Positions 10,387 through 19,957 of a stretch of 64,000 nucleotides of DNA are shown here, in pieces (the stretch's first letter is position 1; every line of letters starts with the position of its first letter). The notes beneath the pieces are model-generated. The model was given only the letters and a program-made list of their open reading frames with translations. It had not been told where the DNA came from and did no database searches. Position numbers and translations under genes: made by a program. Source of the DNA: an uncultured Actinomycetota bacterium (lineage in GTDB: Bacteria; Actinomycetota; Actinomycetes; Propionibacteriales; Nocardioidaceae). The stretch covers positions 257,794-321,793 of the forward strand of contig CAWCGS010000008.1 in NCBI GenBank assembly GCA_963795135.1, written 5' to 3'.

Positions 10387-10404
10387 GGAGAACATGTGTT
10401 CACT
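10387..10404. promoter_or_regulatory. Palindromic operator upstream of the desaturase operon (DesT/FabR-like)
   Basis: GGAGAACATGTGTTCACT within an imperfect palindrome spanning 10383-10408. Confidence 0.5.
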
Positions 10405-10441
10405 GAACCGCTCCGAGACATCGTCGACCGAAGGGGCCGCC

Positions 10442-11527
10442 GTGGCCACGAAGGCAGCAAGCACGATCCCGTGGGACCGCGTGCGCCGCGCCGGCTCCAA
10501 GCTCACCACCCCGCTGCTGCCCGACGACTACCTGACGCTGCTCAACCCGCTGTGGACCACCCGCGAGCTGCGCGGACGGATCGAGAAGGTCGTCCCCGAG
10601 ACCGATGACGCGGCCACCCTGGTCATCCGGCCGGGCTGGGGCTGGCGCCACGACCACCGCGCCGGTCAGTACGTCGGCATCGGGGTGCAGGTCGACGGTC
10701 GGTTCCAGTGGCGCTCCTACTCGATCAGCTCCCCGCCGAAGCGCGGCCGGCGCACGATCACGATCACCGTGCGGGCGATGCCGGAGGGCCTGCTCTCCTC
10801 CCACCTGGTCAGCGGCCTGGAGCCCGGCACCATCGTGCGGCTCGCCTCGCCCGAGGGCGACTTCGTGCTGCCGGAGCCGCCGCCCGAGCGGATGCTCTTC
10901 CTGGTCGGCGGCTCGGGGATCACCCCGGTGATGGCCATGCTGCGCACCCTCGACCGGCGCGACTCCATGCCCGACGTGGTCGTCCACTACTCCTCGCCGA
11001 CGGCCGAGCGGATGATCTTCCGCGACGAGCTCACCGCCCTCGCCGACCGGCACGACGGGCTCACGCTGCACCTGCGGGAGACCGACTCCGAGGGCGTGCT
11101 CGACCCGTCCGGGCTCGACGAGCTGTGCCCCGACTGGCGCGACCGCGAGACCTACGCCTGCGGCCCGGCGCCGATGCTCGACGCGGTGACCGAGCACTTC
11201 GAGGCCGCGGACCTGGAGGACCAGCTGCACCTCGAGCGGTTCTCCCTCGAGCTCGGCGGCGAGGGCGGCGAGGGCGGCACCATCACCTTCCGCAACTCCA
11301 ACAAGACCATCGACGCCGACGGTGCGACGACGGTCCTCGAGGCCGGCGAGGAGGTCGGCATCGGCATGCCCTACGGCTGCCGGATGGGCATCTGCCACAC
11401 CTGCACGCTGACCATGGTCTCCGGCACCGTCCGCGACCTGCGCAACGGCACCGAGTACAACCAGCCCAACGAGCAGATCCAGACCTGCGTGACGGCCGCC
11501 GTGGGCGACTGCACGCTCGACATCTAG
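10442..11527 (+). CDS. NAD(P)H oxidoreductase/ferredoxin reductase, partner of the desaturase
   Basis: RSYSIS, GGSGITP, YACGP, C-terminal 2Fe-2S motif CRMGICHTC. Confidence 0.92.
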   Translation: MATKAASTIPWDRVRRAGSKLTTPLLPDDYLTLLNPLWTTRELRGRIEKVVPETDDAATLVIRPGWGWRHDHRAGQYVGIGVQVDGRFQWRSYSISSPPKRGRRTITITVRAMPEGLLSSHLVSGLEPGTIVRLASPEGDFVLPEPPPERMLFLVGGSGITPVMAMLRTLDRRDSMPDVVVHYSSPTAERMIFRDELTALADRHDGLTLHLRETDSEGVLDPSGLDELCPDWRDRETYACGPAPMLDAVTEHFEAADLEDQLHLERFSLELGGEGGEGGTITFRNSNKTIDADGATTVLEAGEEVGIGMPYGCRMGICHTCTLTMVSGTVRDLRNGTEYNQPNEQIQTCVTAAVGDCTLDI

Positions 11528-11562
11528 CCACATCCAGACCCGAGAACCGAAGGGGCACCCGC

Positions 11563-12768
11563 ATGGCGATCAGTGACGTCCAGGCCTACACCCACCTCAG
11601 CGACGAGGAGGTGGAGCAGATCGGACGCGAGCTCGACGCGATCCGCGCCGAGATCGAGGAGTCCCGCAGCGACGCCGACGCGGCGTACATCAACCGGATG
11701 ATCCGCATCCAGCGCGGCCTCGCGGCCGCGGGGCGGATCACCCTGATCGCCGGCACGCAGTCCTCGAAGACCCGCAAGCCGGCCTGGGCGCTGGGCGCCG
11801 GGCTGCTCGGCGTGGCCAAGATCCTCGAGAACATGGAGATCGGCCACAACGTCATGCACGGCCAGTGGGACTGGATGAACGACCCGGAGATCCACTCCTC
11901 CAACTGGGAGTGGGACACCGCCCAGCCCGCCGAGCAGTGGAAGCACTCCCACAACTACGTGCACCACCAGTTCACCAACGTGCTGGGCTACGACAACGAC
12001 ATCGGCTACGGCATCCTGCGGATGGCGCGCGAGCAGAAGTGGTCGCCGTTCAACCTCGGGCAGCCGGTCTACAACGCCGCGCTCGCCGGGCTCTTCCAGT
12101 GGGGCGTCGCGCTGCACGACCTCGACATCGAGGCGATCCGCAAGGGCAAGAAGGACCCCAAGGAGATGAAGCGCCAGCTCAAGCAGATCTGGCGCAAGGG
12201 CCGCAACCAGGTGCTCAAGGACTACGTCGTCTACCCCGCGCTGAGCGGCAAGCACTGGAAGACCACGCTCACCGCCAACGCGACCGCCAACTTCACCCGC
12301 AACGTGTGGTCCTACATGATCATCTTCTGCGGGCACTTCCCCGACGGTGCCCTGCACTTCACCGAGGAGGAGATCGAGGACGAGACCCGCGCCGACTGGT
12401 ACCTCCGCCAGATCCTCGGCGCCGCCAACTTCACCGGCAGCGACCTGCTGCACATCATGTCCGGCAACCTCGGCTTCCAGATCGAGCACCACCTCTTCCC
12501 GGACCTGCCCAGCAACCGCTACGCCGAGATCTCGGTGAAGGTGCAGGCCTTGTGCGAGAAGTACGACATCCCCTACACCACGGGCCCGCTCGCCCGGCAG
12601 TACGGCCAGACGCTGCGCACGATCATGAAGCTCTCGTTGCCCAACAAGATGACCGCCAGCAACCAGCCCGAGCCGCCCACGACGCCGGTCGAGCGCACCC
12701 GCAAGACCGACGCCGAGCGGCCCAGCCGTCGCCGTGAGCTGGGGGCCTGGTCGCGGAGCGCCTCGTGA
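11563..12768 (+). CDS. Acyl-CoA membrane desaturase (DesA3-like)
   Basis: His boxes HNVMH, HNYVHH and QIEHHLFP. Confidence 0.93.
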   Translation: MAISDVQAYTHLSDEEVEQIGRELDAIRAEIEESRSDADAAYINRMIRIQRGLAAAGRITLIAGTQSSKTRKPAWALGAGLLGVAKILENMEIGHNVMHGQWDWMNDPEIHSSNWEWDTAQPAEQWKHSHNYVHHQFTNVLGYDNDIGYGILRMAREQKWSPFNLGQPVYNAALAGLFQWGVALHDLDIEAIRKGKKDPKEMKRQLKQIWRKGRNQVLKDYVVYPALSGKHWKTTLTANATANFTRNVWSYMIIFCGHFPDGALHFTEEEIEDETRADWYLRQILGAANFTGSDLLHIMSGNLGFQIEHHLFPDLPSNRYAEISVKVQALCEKYDIPYTTGPLARQYGQTLRTIMKLSLPNKMTASNQPEPPTTPVERTRKTDAERPSRRRELGAWSRSAS

Positions 12769-13115
12769 GCGGGGCGTTCGGCGCGGGCGACGTCGTGGCC
12801 CTGCCGTTCGCCTGGTCCGGCTCGCTGCACCACGTGGAGCGCAAGCGCGTGACCCAGTGCGCGCTGAGCCGGATCTGCGGGGTGTGCCGCGAGTCGCTGG
12901 GGCGACCCATCGCGTTCGTCGGCACTCCCGAGGAGGTCGGCCGCAACGCCTTCCACTTCCCCCCGCTGCACGTGGGCTGTGCCGAGACCCTCGTCGCCTA
13001 CGACGGCGCCGACCCCGCGTGGACGATCACGACGACCGCGGCCTTCGAGTTCGTCCGGCCCGGGCGGGACGACCTCGACCGCGAGCCGCGCTTCGAGCCG
13101 AGCGCGCTGCTGTGA
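12765..13115 (+). CDS. Small hypothetical protein, putative Zn-binding (CxxC...HxxC)
   Basis: GTGA overlap with the desaturase stop; ICGVC...PPLHVGC. Confidence 0.7.
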   Translation: MSGAFGAGDVVALPFAWSGSLHHVERKRVTQCALSRICGVCRESLGRPIAFVGTPEEVGRNAFHFPPLHVGCAETLVAYDGADPAWTITTTAAFEFVRPGRDDLDREPRFEPSALL

Positions 13116-13125
13116 GGCGGCCCGC

Positions 13126-14661
13126 CTAGCGGCCTCCCCTCGTGGCGTCAGAGGGTGAGTGGTCGGGCGCGAGCGGACCCGCCCCGCGTTGCCGGCGACG
13201 TACCACGACCGTGAGCACGACGCCCAGGGTGAGCAGCACGTAGACGGTGGCGGCGAACGGGCTGGTCACCAGGGCCGTGGGATCGCCCTGGCTGATCGCC
13301 AGGGTCCGACGCAGCTGCTCCTCGGCGATCGGTCCGAGGATCAGTCCGATCACGGCCGGCCCGACCGGGTAGCCGAAGCGACGCATCCCGTAGCCCAGCA
13401 CTCCCACCGCGAGCAGGACCCAGAGGTCCGTGCGGACGCCGTTGAGGGCGTAGCCGCCGAGGGCGGAGAACGTCAGGATCCCGGCGTAGAGGTAGGGCCG
13501 CGGGATCTGCAGCAGGCGGACCCAGAGCCCCACCAGGGGCAGGTTCAGCAGGAGCAGCATCACGTTGCCGATGTAGAGGCTGGCGATCAGCGCCCACACC
13601 AGGGGTCCCTCGGTCTCGAAGAGCAGCGGGCCCGGCTGGATGCCGTAGGTCTGGAACGCCGCGATCAGCACCGCGGCCGTCGCCGAGGTCGGCAGGCCGA
13701 GCGTCAGCAGCGGGACGAGGACGCCCGCGGCCGAGGCGTTGTTGGCCGCCTCCGGCCCGGCGACGCCCTCGATCGCGCCGTGCCCGAACTCCTCGGGGTG
13801 CGGTGAGAGCTTCTTCTCCAGCGCGTAGGACATGAACGTCGGGATCTCGGCGCCACCGGCCGGCATCGCGCCGATCGGGAAGCCGAGGGCGGTGCCGCGC
13901 AGCCACGGCTTCCAGGAGCGACGCAGGTCGTCGCGGCTCATCCAGCCCCGGCTCACCGGGATCACGTGCACGGGGCCGTGCCGCAGCCGCGAGGCCACCC
14001 AGAGCGCCTCGCCCACGGCGAAGATGCCCACCGCGAACGTCGCCACGTCGACCCCGTCGGCCAGCACGGGCAGGTCGAGGGTGAAGCGACGCTGGCCGGT
14101 CAGGCTGTCGGTGCCGACCAGTCCGACCAGCAGGCCGACGCTGAGCGCGGCGACCCCCCGCGAGACCGAGCTGCCGAGCAGCGCCGAGACCGTCAGGAGC
14201 GCGACCACGGTCAGTGCGACGTAGTCGGGCGGCCCGATCTCGACCGCGAGTCCCGCCAGGGTCGGGGCGGCGATCGTCAGGCCGATCGTGGCGATGGTGC
14301 CGGCCACGAACGAGCCGATCGCCGCCGTCGCGAGCGCCGCGGCGCCGCGTCCGGCTCGGGCCATCTTGTTGCCCTCGAGGGCGGTGATGATCGAGGCGGA
14401 CTCACCCGGTGTGTTGAGCAGGATCGAGGTGGTCGACCCGCCGTACATCCCGCCGTAGTAGATCCCGGCGAACATGATGAACGCCGCGGTGGGCTCGAGC
14501 GTGTAGGTGACGGGCAGCAGCAGCGCCACCGTCATCGCGGGCCCGATGCCCGGGAGGACGCCGACGGCGGTGCCGAGCGTGACCCCGACGAGGGCGTAGA
14601 GCAGGAAGATCGGCTGCAGCGCCGTGCCGAAACCGTCCATGAGGGCAGCGAAGTCACCCAT
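13126..14661 (-). CDS. tctA: Tripartite tricarboxylate transporter large permease
   Basis: [30 protein letters not shown]. Confidence 0.95.
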   Translation of the reverse strand: MGDFAALMDGFGTALQPIFLLYALVGVTLGTAVGVLPGIGPAMTVALLLPVTYTLEPTAAFIMFAGIYYGGMYGGSTTSILLNTPGESASIITALEGNKMARAGRGAAALATAAIGSFVAGTIATIGLTIAAPTLAGLAVEIGPPDYVALTVVALLTVSALLGSSVSRGVAALSVGLLVGLVGTDSLTGQRRFTLDLPVLADGVDVATFAVGIFAVGEALWVASRLRHGPVHVIPVSRGWMSRDDLRRSWKPWLRGTALGFPIGAMPAGGAEIPTFMSYALEKKLSPHPEEFGHGAIEGVAGPEAANNASAAGVLVPLLTLGLPTSATAAVLIAAFQTYGIQPGPLLFETEGPLVWALIASLYIGNVMLLLLNLPLVGLWVRLLQIPRPYLYAGILTFSALGGYALNGVRTDLWVLLAVGVLGYGMRRFGYPVGPAVIGLILGPIAEEQLRRTLAISQGDPTALVTSPFAATVYVLLTLGVVLTVVVRRRQRGAGPLAPDHSPSDATRGGR

Positions 14662-15172
14662 CGAGGAGGGTCACCCCCTCGAACGGACCGGCCGGCAGGG
14701 TCACGCCGAGCGCGGAGACGAACAGGGCCTGAGCGGTGAAGCCGATGATCACGCCGGCCAGGGCGGCCCGGCCGAGGTGGGCACCCAGGGACCAGGCGAC
14801 CAGCGCGAAGAGCAGGGCTCCGGCCAGGGCCCAGCCGGCCACGTCGACCACGGCGACGTGGGCGACGAACGCGAGCACGATCTTGGCCAGCGTGACCCAG
14901 TCGGTCGAGGCGGTCGGGTCGACGTCCTCGCCCTCCTCGGGGGCGGCCAGCCGCCCCCGGAGCGCGGAGGTCAGCACGGCCGCCCCCGCGAGCACCAGGG
15001 CGACCCCGACGGCGTACGGGAAGACCCGCGGGCCGACCACGTTGGAGCTCAGCGGCACCGTGATCCGGGTGGCGCCCAGCAGGGTGGCCACGCCGAGCAG
15101 GATGATGCCCGAGGCGACGACGGCGTCGGGGACGACGGAACGCGTCGTCCCCGACTCGGCGGTGGTGCTCAT
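14654..15172 (-). CDS. tctB: Tripartite tricarboxylate transporter small permease
   Basis: VGPRVFP, TM helices, LGVTLPAG; lies between tctC and tctA. Confidence 0.9.
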   Translation of the reverse strand: MSTTAESGTTRSVVPDAVVASGIILLGVATLLGATRITVPLSSNVVGPRVFPYAVGVALVLAGAAVLTSALRGRLAAPEEGEDVDPTASTDWVTLAKIVLAFVAHVAVVDVAGWALAGALLFALVAWSLGAHLGRAALAGVIIGFTAQALFVSALGVTLPAGPFEGVTLLDG

Positions 15173-15173
15173 G

Positions 15174-16184
15174 TCAGCTCACGAGGCCGAGGTCGCGCAG
15201 GACGGTGGTGGTCACCTGGCGCTCCTCGTCGATGAAGGTCGCGAACTCGTCGCCGGTCAGGAACGTGTCGTCCCAGCCGTTGGTCTCCAGCGCGTCCTGC
15301 CACTCGGCGGAGTCGTGCATCTCGGTGACCAGGTCGACCAGACGGGTCGTCGCCTCCTCCGAGAGGTCGGCCGGGGCGACGACGCCGCGCCAGTTGATGA
15401 ACTCGACGTCGAAGCCGGCCTCGGTCAGCGTGGGAGCGTCGATCCCCTCGACGCGGTCGGGGCCGGTCACGGCGAGGGCGCGGAGCTTGCCGGCCTTGAC
15501 CTGCTCGGCGTACTCGCTGACGCCGGAGACCCCGGCGGCGACCTTGTTGCCGAGCAGCGCGGCCACGGTCTCGCCGCCGCCCGAGAAGGCGATGTAGTTG
15601 AGGTCCTCGGGGCTCGCCCCGGCCGCCTCGGCCAGGAGGCCCGCCACGATGTGGTCGGTGCCGCCGGCCGAGCCGCCGGCGATGGCGACGTCGCGGCCGT
15701 TGGCCGCGAGGTCGTCGGCGAGGTCCTGGATCGTCTCGTAGGGGCTCTCGGCCGGGACCACGACGATCTCGTCCTCGGCGGTCAGCCGCGCGATCGGGGT
15801 GACGTCGTCGAGGGTGGCCTCGGACTGGTTGGTCTCGACCGCCCCGACCATCACGAGGCCCATCACCATCAGGTAGTCCTCGCTCGTCTCGTTCGCGAGC
15901 TGGGCCAGGCCGATGGTGCCGCCGGCGCCGGGGACATTGCTGACCTGGGTGGACTTGGCGAGGCCGGCGCCCTCCAGGCTGCTGGCCATGGCCCGGGCGG
16001 TGCCGTCCCAGCCGCCGCCCGGGTCGGCCGGCGCCATCAGCTGGATCCGGGCGCTGGCACCGTCGGACGCGCTGTCGGTGGAGCCGGAGCACGCCGAGAG
16101 GGCCAGCGCGGCAGCGCCGAGGACGGCGACCACAGAGGCGGTGCGTCCGCGGGGGCGGGGAGGGAGCGAGAGGGACAGGGACAT
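15174..16184 (-). CDS. tctC: Tripartite tricarboxylate transporter substrate-binding lipoprotein
   Basis: Lipobox LSAC; PGGGWD, NVPGAGG, NWRGV. Confidence 0.95.
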   Translation of the reverse strand: MSLSLSLPPRPRGRTASVVAVLGAAALALSACSGSTDSASDGASARIQLMAPADPGGGWDGTARAMASSLEGAGLAKSTQVSNVPGAGGTIGLAQLANETSEDYLMVMGLVMVGAVETNQSEATLDDVTPIARLTAEDEIVVVPAESPYETIQDLADDLAANGRDVAIAGGSAGGTDHIVAGLLAEAAGASPEDLNYIAFSGGGETVAALLGNKVAAGVSGVSEYAEQVKAGKLRALAVTGPDRVEGIDAPTLTEAGFDVEFINWRGVVAPADLSEEATTRLVDLVTEMHDSAEWQDALETNGWDDTFLTGDEFATFIDEERQVTTTVLRDLGLVS

Positions 16185-16263
16185 GGTCGGATCCTTCGTT
16201 TCGGGGACGTGACGTGACGAGATGCTCGGACGCTAGGTCCGGCACGCAGGGGCGACCAGCCTC

Positions 16264-16299
16264 CGGTCGTACCGGTCGTACTGTTCGTTTCGGTCGTGA
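16264..16299. promoter_or_regulatory. 9-bp direct repeats in the tctC/kinase intergenic region; candidate response-regulator site
   Basis: CGGTCGTAC CGGTCGTAC TGTTCGTTT CGGTCGTGA. Confidence 0.45.
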
Positions 16300-16333
16300 C
16301 GCTCGCCACGTCGTGGTGGTGCACGATGGCGGG

Positions 16334-17947
16334 GTGAGACGTCGGGTTCCGCTCGCAGCGCAGCTGCTGGCCATGCAGGTCGCGATCGTGCTCGCGGTCC
16401 TGGTGGCCGCGGGGATGCTGGCCTTCCAGCTCCAGCAGGACCAGACCCGCGATGCGTACGCCGACCGGGTGCTGGGCATGGCGCGGAGCCTCGCCGACCA
16501 GCCTGCGGTCCTCGAGGCCTATGGGTCGGAGGACCCGTCGGCGCTGCTCCAGCCGCTGGCCGAGCTCGTCCGACGCGCGGGGGGCGCGGAGTTCGTCGTG
16601 TTCACCGACACCGCCGGGCTGCGCTACTCCCACCCGGACCCGGAGAAGATCGGGCGCCGCGTCTCGACGGACCCCAGCGTCGCGCTGAGCGGCGGCGAGT
16701 TCGTCGGCACCGAGACCGGGACCCTGGGTGTCTCGCTGCGCGCGAAGGTGCCGGTGCGCGACGACGCCGGCAGCATCGTGGGCCAGGTGTCGGTCGGGAT
16801 CCTCGAGAGCAAGCTGTCCTCCGAGCTCGAGGGGGTGCTGCCGCGGCTGGTGGCCTGGCTGACCGCGGCGGCGTTCGTCGGGGTGCTGGGTGCCATCGGC
16901 GTGACGCGCCTGGTGCGACGCCGGATCCACGGACTGGAGCCGGAGGAGATCGTGGAGCTGCTCCAGGCCAGGGACGCGATGCTGCACGGCGTGCGCGACG
17001 GCGTGGTCGCCGTCGACGACCGGGGGCGGCTGGCCCTGGTCAACGACGAGGCGATGCGGCTGCTGGGTCTGCGGGACGACCCCACCCGCCGTCGCGCCGA
17101 CGAGGTCCTGGACGGCGACGACCTGCTGCCGCTCGTCGAGCGCCCCGACGACGTCTCGGACCGGGTCGTGCTGGTGGGGGAGCGGGTCCTGGTCGTCAGC
17201 TGCACGACCGCCCGGGTCGAGGGCCGCGTGGTGGGGCGGGTGCTGGTGCTGCGTGACCGGACCGAGCTGACCGAGGCCCTGCGGGCACTCGACGGGGAGC
17301 GCACGATCACCGACGCGCTGCGGGCGCAGGCGCACGAGTTCTCCAACAACCTCCATGTCCTGTCCGGGCTGATCGAGCTCGGGCGCGACGACGACGCGGT
17401 CGGGTTCATCGAGCGGGTGGGCGGGGGCACGGCCACCGGCGGGGGATCCCCGTTGCGCCACGTGGAGGACCCGTCGGTCGCCGCCCTCCTGCTGGCCAAG
17501 ACGGCGGCGGCCCGGGAGAAGGGCCGCATCCTCCGGCTCGACCCCGCCTCCGAGGTGGCGGACGGCGCCGGCGACGACGTGGTCACGATCCTCGGCAACC
17601 TCGTCGACAACGCGCTGGAGGCCGTGGGACCCGGAGGGGCTGTCGACCTCCTGGTCCGGCACACAGCCGGCGGTGTGCACGTGCAGGTGAGCGACGACGG
17701 TCCCGGTGTGCCGGCGTCGCTGCGCGACGAGATCTTCCGGATCGGGGTGAGCACCAAGGTCGCGACCAACGAGCACCAGGGCCGGGGGATCGGGCTCGTG
17801 CTCGTGGCCCGGATCGTCGCTCGCCGGCACGGTACGGTCAGCGTGGGCGACCGTCCGGGCGGAGGCGCGGTCTTCACCGTGGACCTGCCGCCGGACGCGG
17901 TCGCGATGTCGGCCGCCTCTCGTGCGGCGAGGGCGGGGGAGGCGTGA
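16334..17947 (+). CDS. CitA/DcuS-family sensor histidine kinase
   Basis: RYSHP sensor motif, PAS domain, H-box HEFSNNLH, GNLVDNA, DDGPG, GRGIGL; start uncertain. Confidence 0.93.
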   Translation: MRRRVPLAAQLLAMQVAIVLAVLVAAGMLAFQLQQDQTRDAYADRVLGMARSLADQPAVLEAYGSEDPSALLQPLAELVRRAGGAEFVVFTDTAGLRYSHPDPEKIGRRVSTDPSVALSGGEFVGTETGTLGVSLRAKVPVRDDAGSIVGQVSVGILESKLSSELEGVLPRLVAWLTAAAFVGVLGAIGVTRLVRRRIHGLEPEEIVELLQARDAMLHGVRDGVVAVDDRGRLALVNDEAMRLLGLRDDPTRRRADEVLDGDDLLPLVERPDDVSDRVVLVGERVLVVSCTTARVEGRVVGRVLVLRDRTELTEALRALDGERTITDALRAQAHEFSNNLHVLSGLIELGRDDDAVGFIERVGGGTATGGGSPLRHVEDPSVAALLLAKTAAAREKGRILRLDPASEVADGAGDDVVTILGNLVDNALEAVGPGGAVDLLVRHTAGGVHVQVSDDGPGVPASLRDEIFRIGVSTKVATNEHQGRGIGLVLVARIVARRHGTVSVGDRPGGGAVFTVDLPPDAVAMSAASRAARAGEA

Positions 17948-18678
17948 TGGGAGCGAAGGCGCCTATCCGCGTCCTGGTGGTCGACGACGACTTCGCCGTC
18001 GCGGAGGTGCACCGGGCCTACGTCGAGGCGGTGCCCGGCTTCTCGGTCGTCGCGGTCGCCCAGACCGGCGGCCAGGCCCTGCTGGCCGTCGAGGAGCAGC
18101 AGCCGGACCTGGTCCTGCTCGACATCCACCTGCCCGACATGTCGGGTCTGGAGGTCCTGCGACGGCTCCGCTCGCGAGTAGGCGGCACCGATCTCGACGT
18201 CCTGGCCATCACGGCGGCCCGCGAGGTGGAGACCGTGCGCACCGCCATGGCCGGGGGCGTCACCGACTACCTGGTCAAGCCCTTCCCGATGCGCGTCCTG
18301 CGCGAGCGGCTGCAGGCCTACGCCGTCCAGCGCGACCACCTGCAGCGGCTGGCCGACCGGCAGGCCACCGTGCAGGACCAGCACGAGGTGGACCGCATGC
18401 TCTCCGCCCGGCTGCACCGCAGCGAGCGCCGCGACCTCCCCAAAGGCCTGGCCCAGCACACGCTGACCCTGGTCGCCGACGTGCTCCGCGAGGCAGGAGG
18501 CGACCTGTCCGCGGGGGAGGCAGCGAGCCGCAGCGGTCTCTCGCGGGTCAGCGCCCGTCGCTACCTCGAGCAGCTCGCCGCCATGGGCCTGGCCGAGATC
18601 CGGCCGCGCTACGGGTCGGCCGGGAGACCGGAGCACGGCTACCTGTGGTCCGGCGGTCCGGGCGCTGGCCCCGGCTAG
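17944..18678 (+). CDS. CitB-family response regulator
   Basis: VDDD, LLDIHLPD, YLVKPF, SRVSARRYLE...YGSAGRPE. Confidence 0.93.
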   Translation: MMGAKAPIRVLVVDDDFAVAEVHRAYVEAVPGFSVVAVAQTGGQALLAVEEQQPDLVLLDIHLPDMSGLEVLRRLRSRVGGTDLDVLAITAAREVETVRTAMAGGVTDYLVKPFPMRVLRERLQAYAVQRDHLQRLADRQATVQDQHEVDRMLSARLHRSERRDLPKGLAQHTLTLVADVLREAGGDLSAGEAASRSGLSRVSARRYLEQLAAMGLAEIRPRYGSAGRPEHGYLWSGGPGAGPG

Positions 18679-18727
18679 GACCGTGAGCGGCGGTCCTTGG
18701 GGGCTCGCTGGGGGCTAGGTTGGGCGG

Positions 18728-19132
18728 ATGGACGGAACCGGCACCCCCGAGGACCCCTGGCAGCTGACGACGGCGCCCGGGAGCTCGACGTACACGATGC
18801 ACCGCGACGAGTCGGCCGACCCGCCCCTGCTGGTCTGCCAGGTGGGGTCCACCAAGCTCACCTACCTCGCCTCGGCGGTCGACGACCTCCACGCGTGGCT
18901 GGTCGAGCAGGGCGACTGGGTGCCGCTGGGTGCCGCCGACGAGAAGAAGGAGCCTGCCGACGGCACGGTGGAGGCCTTCGGGCGCGTCGAGGAGAACCCG
19001 GTCGGCGGCTGGTACGGCCAGCGCAAGGGCTACCGCGGCCGCTTCGGCATGTACCTCCCGCCGCTGCTCGAGGCGCTCGGCCTGGTCGAGCTGGAGCACA
19101 ACGCCCGCAACAACCGGGTCCGCGCCCTCTGA
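18728..19132 (+). CDS. Conserved hypothetical protein (DUF6855-like)
   Basis: GTPEDPWQL, NPVGGWYG, RGRFGMY, EHNARNNR. Confidence 0.75.
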   Translation: MDGTGTPEDPWQLTTAPGSSTYTMHRDESADPPLLVCQVGSTKLTYLASAVDDLHAWLVEQGDWVPLGAADEKKEPADGTVEAFGRVEENPVGGWYGQRKGYRGRFGMYLPPLLEALGLVELEHNARNNRVRAL

Positions 19133-19164
19133 CAGCCGTGCGCGGTCGAGCAGCGACAGGCCCG

Positions 19165-19835
19165 CCACCGGGCCACCACGTTGGTCGAGTAGGGAGGCCC
19201 CCCAGGGCCGACCGTAGCGAGACCCCGTACGCCGAGAAGCAGCCGACTTCACGCGCTGGTTGAGGTGTGAGGGCCGCCAGGCCCGAGCCACGAAACCGAC
19301 TGCGGGGGTGGTGGTTTCGAGGCTCGCTGCGCTCGCACCTCAACCACCGGGCCACCACGTTGGTCGAGTAGGGAGGCCCCCCAGGGCCGACCGTAGCGAG
19401 ACCCCGTGCCCCGAGACCGACTGCCGGCGAGGGTGGTTTCGAGGCTCGCTGGCGCTCGCACCTCAACCACCGGGCCACCACGTTGGTCGAGTAGGGAGGC
19501 CCCCCGGGGCCGACCGTAGCGAGACCCCGTGCCCCGAGAAGTAGCCGACTTCACGCGTTGGTTGAGGTGTGAGGGCCGCCAGGCCCGAGCCACGAAACCG
19601 GGCCTGCGAGGGGTGGTGGTTTCGAGGCTCGCTCCGCTCGCACCTCAACCACCGGGATCGCTCGTTGGTCGAGTAGGGAGGCCCCCCGGGGCCGACCGTA
19701 GCGAGACCCCGTGCCCCGAGAAGTAGCCGCAACCCGTCGCTGGTTGAGGTGCGAGGGCCGTCAGGCCCGAGCCACGAAACCGGGCGCGCGCCGAAGGTGG
19801 TTTCGTGGCTCGCTGCGCTCGCACCTCAACCACCG
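19165..19835. repeat. Mosaic REP/BIME-like array, order X-Y-Z-X-Z-X-Y-Z-X-Y-Z
   Basis: X (GGTCGAGTAGGGAGG...CGAGACC) at 19183, 19362, 19485, 19667; Y (GGTTGAGGTG...CGAAACC) at 19258, 19560, 19742; inverted Z (GGTGGTTTCG...CACCTCAACCACC) at 19310, 19432, 19615, 19796. Confidence 0.95.
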
Positions 19836-19929
19836 CCGGGATGGCTCAGGACCCCTGCGGTTGAGCGGGAAAACTTTACCCAACTACTTTCGCCAACCCC
19901 TGTGCACAACCCCGATTTCGGGGTCCGAC

Positions 19930-19951
19930 TGTCGGTGGCCCCTGCTGCAAT
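19930..19951 (+). promoter_or_regulatory. Putative PafBC/RecA-NDp-type DNA-damage promoter, leaderless
   Basis: TGTCGG-N10-TGCAAT versus consensus TGTCGG-N10-TANNNT (1 mismatch), 6 nt before ATG 19958. Confidence 0.55.
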
Positions 19952-19957
19952 AGACCC

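Noticed and set aside
10390-10401. LexA SOS box
   Set aside because: Core GAAC-N4-GTTC is present but the TCG/CGA flanks are missing; a TetR operator fits the context better
19165-19835. CRISPR array
   Set aside because: Modules alternate in orientation, the intervening sequences are themselves repeated, and no cas genes are present; it fits REP/BIME-type repeats
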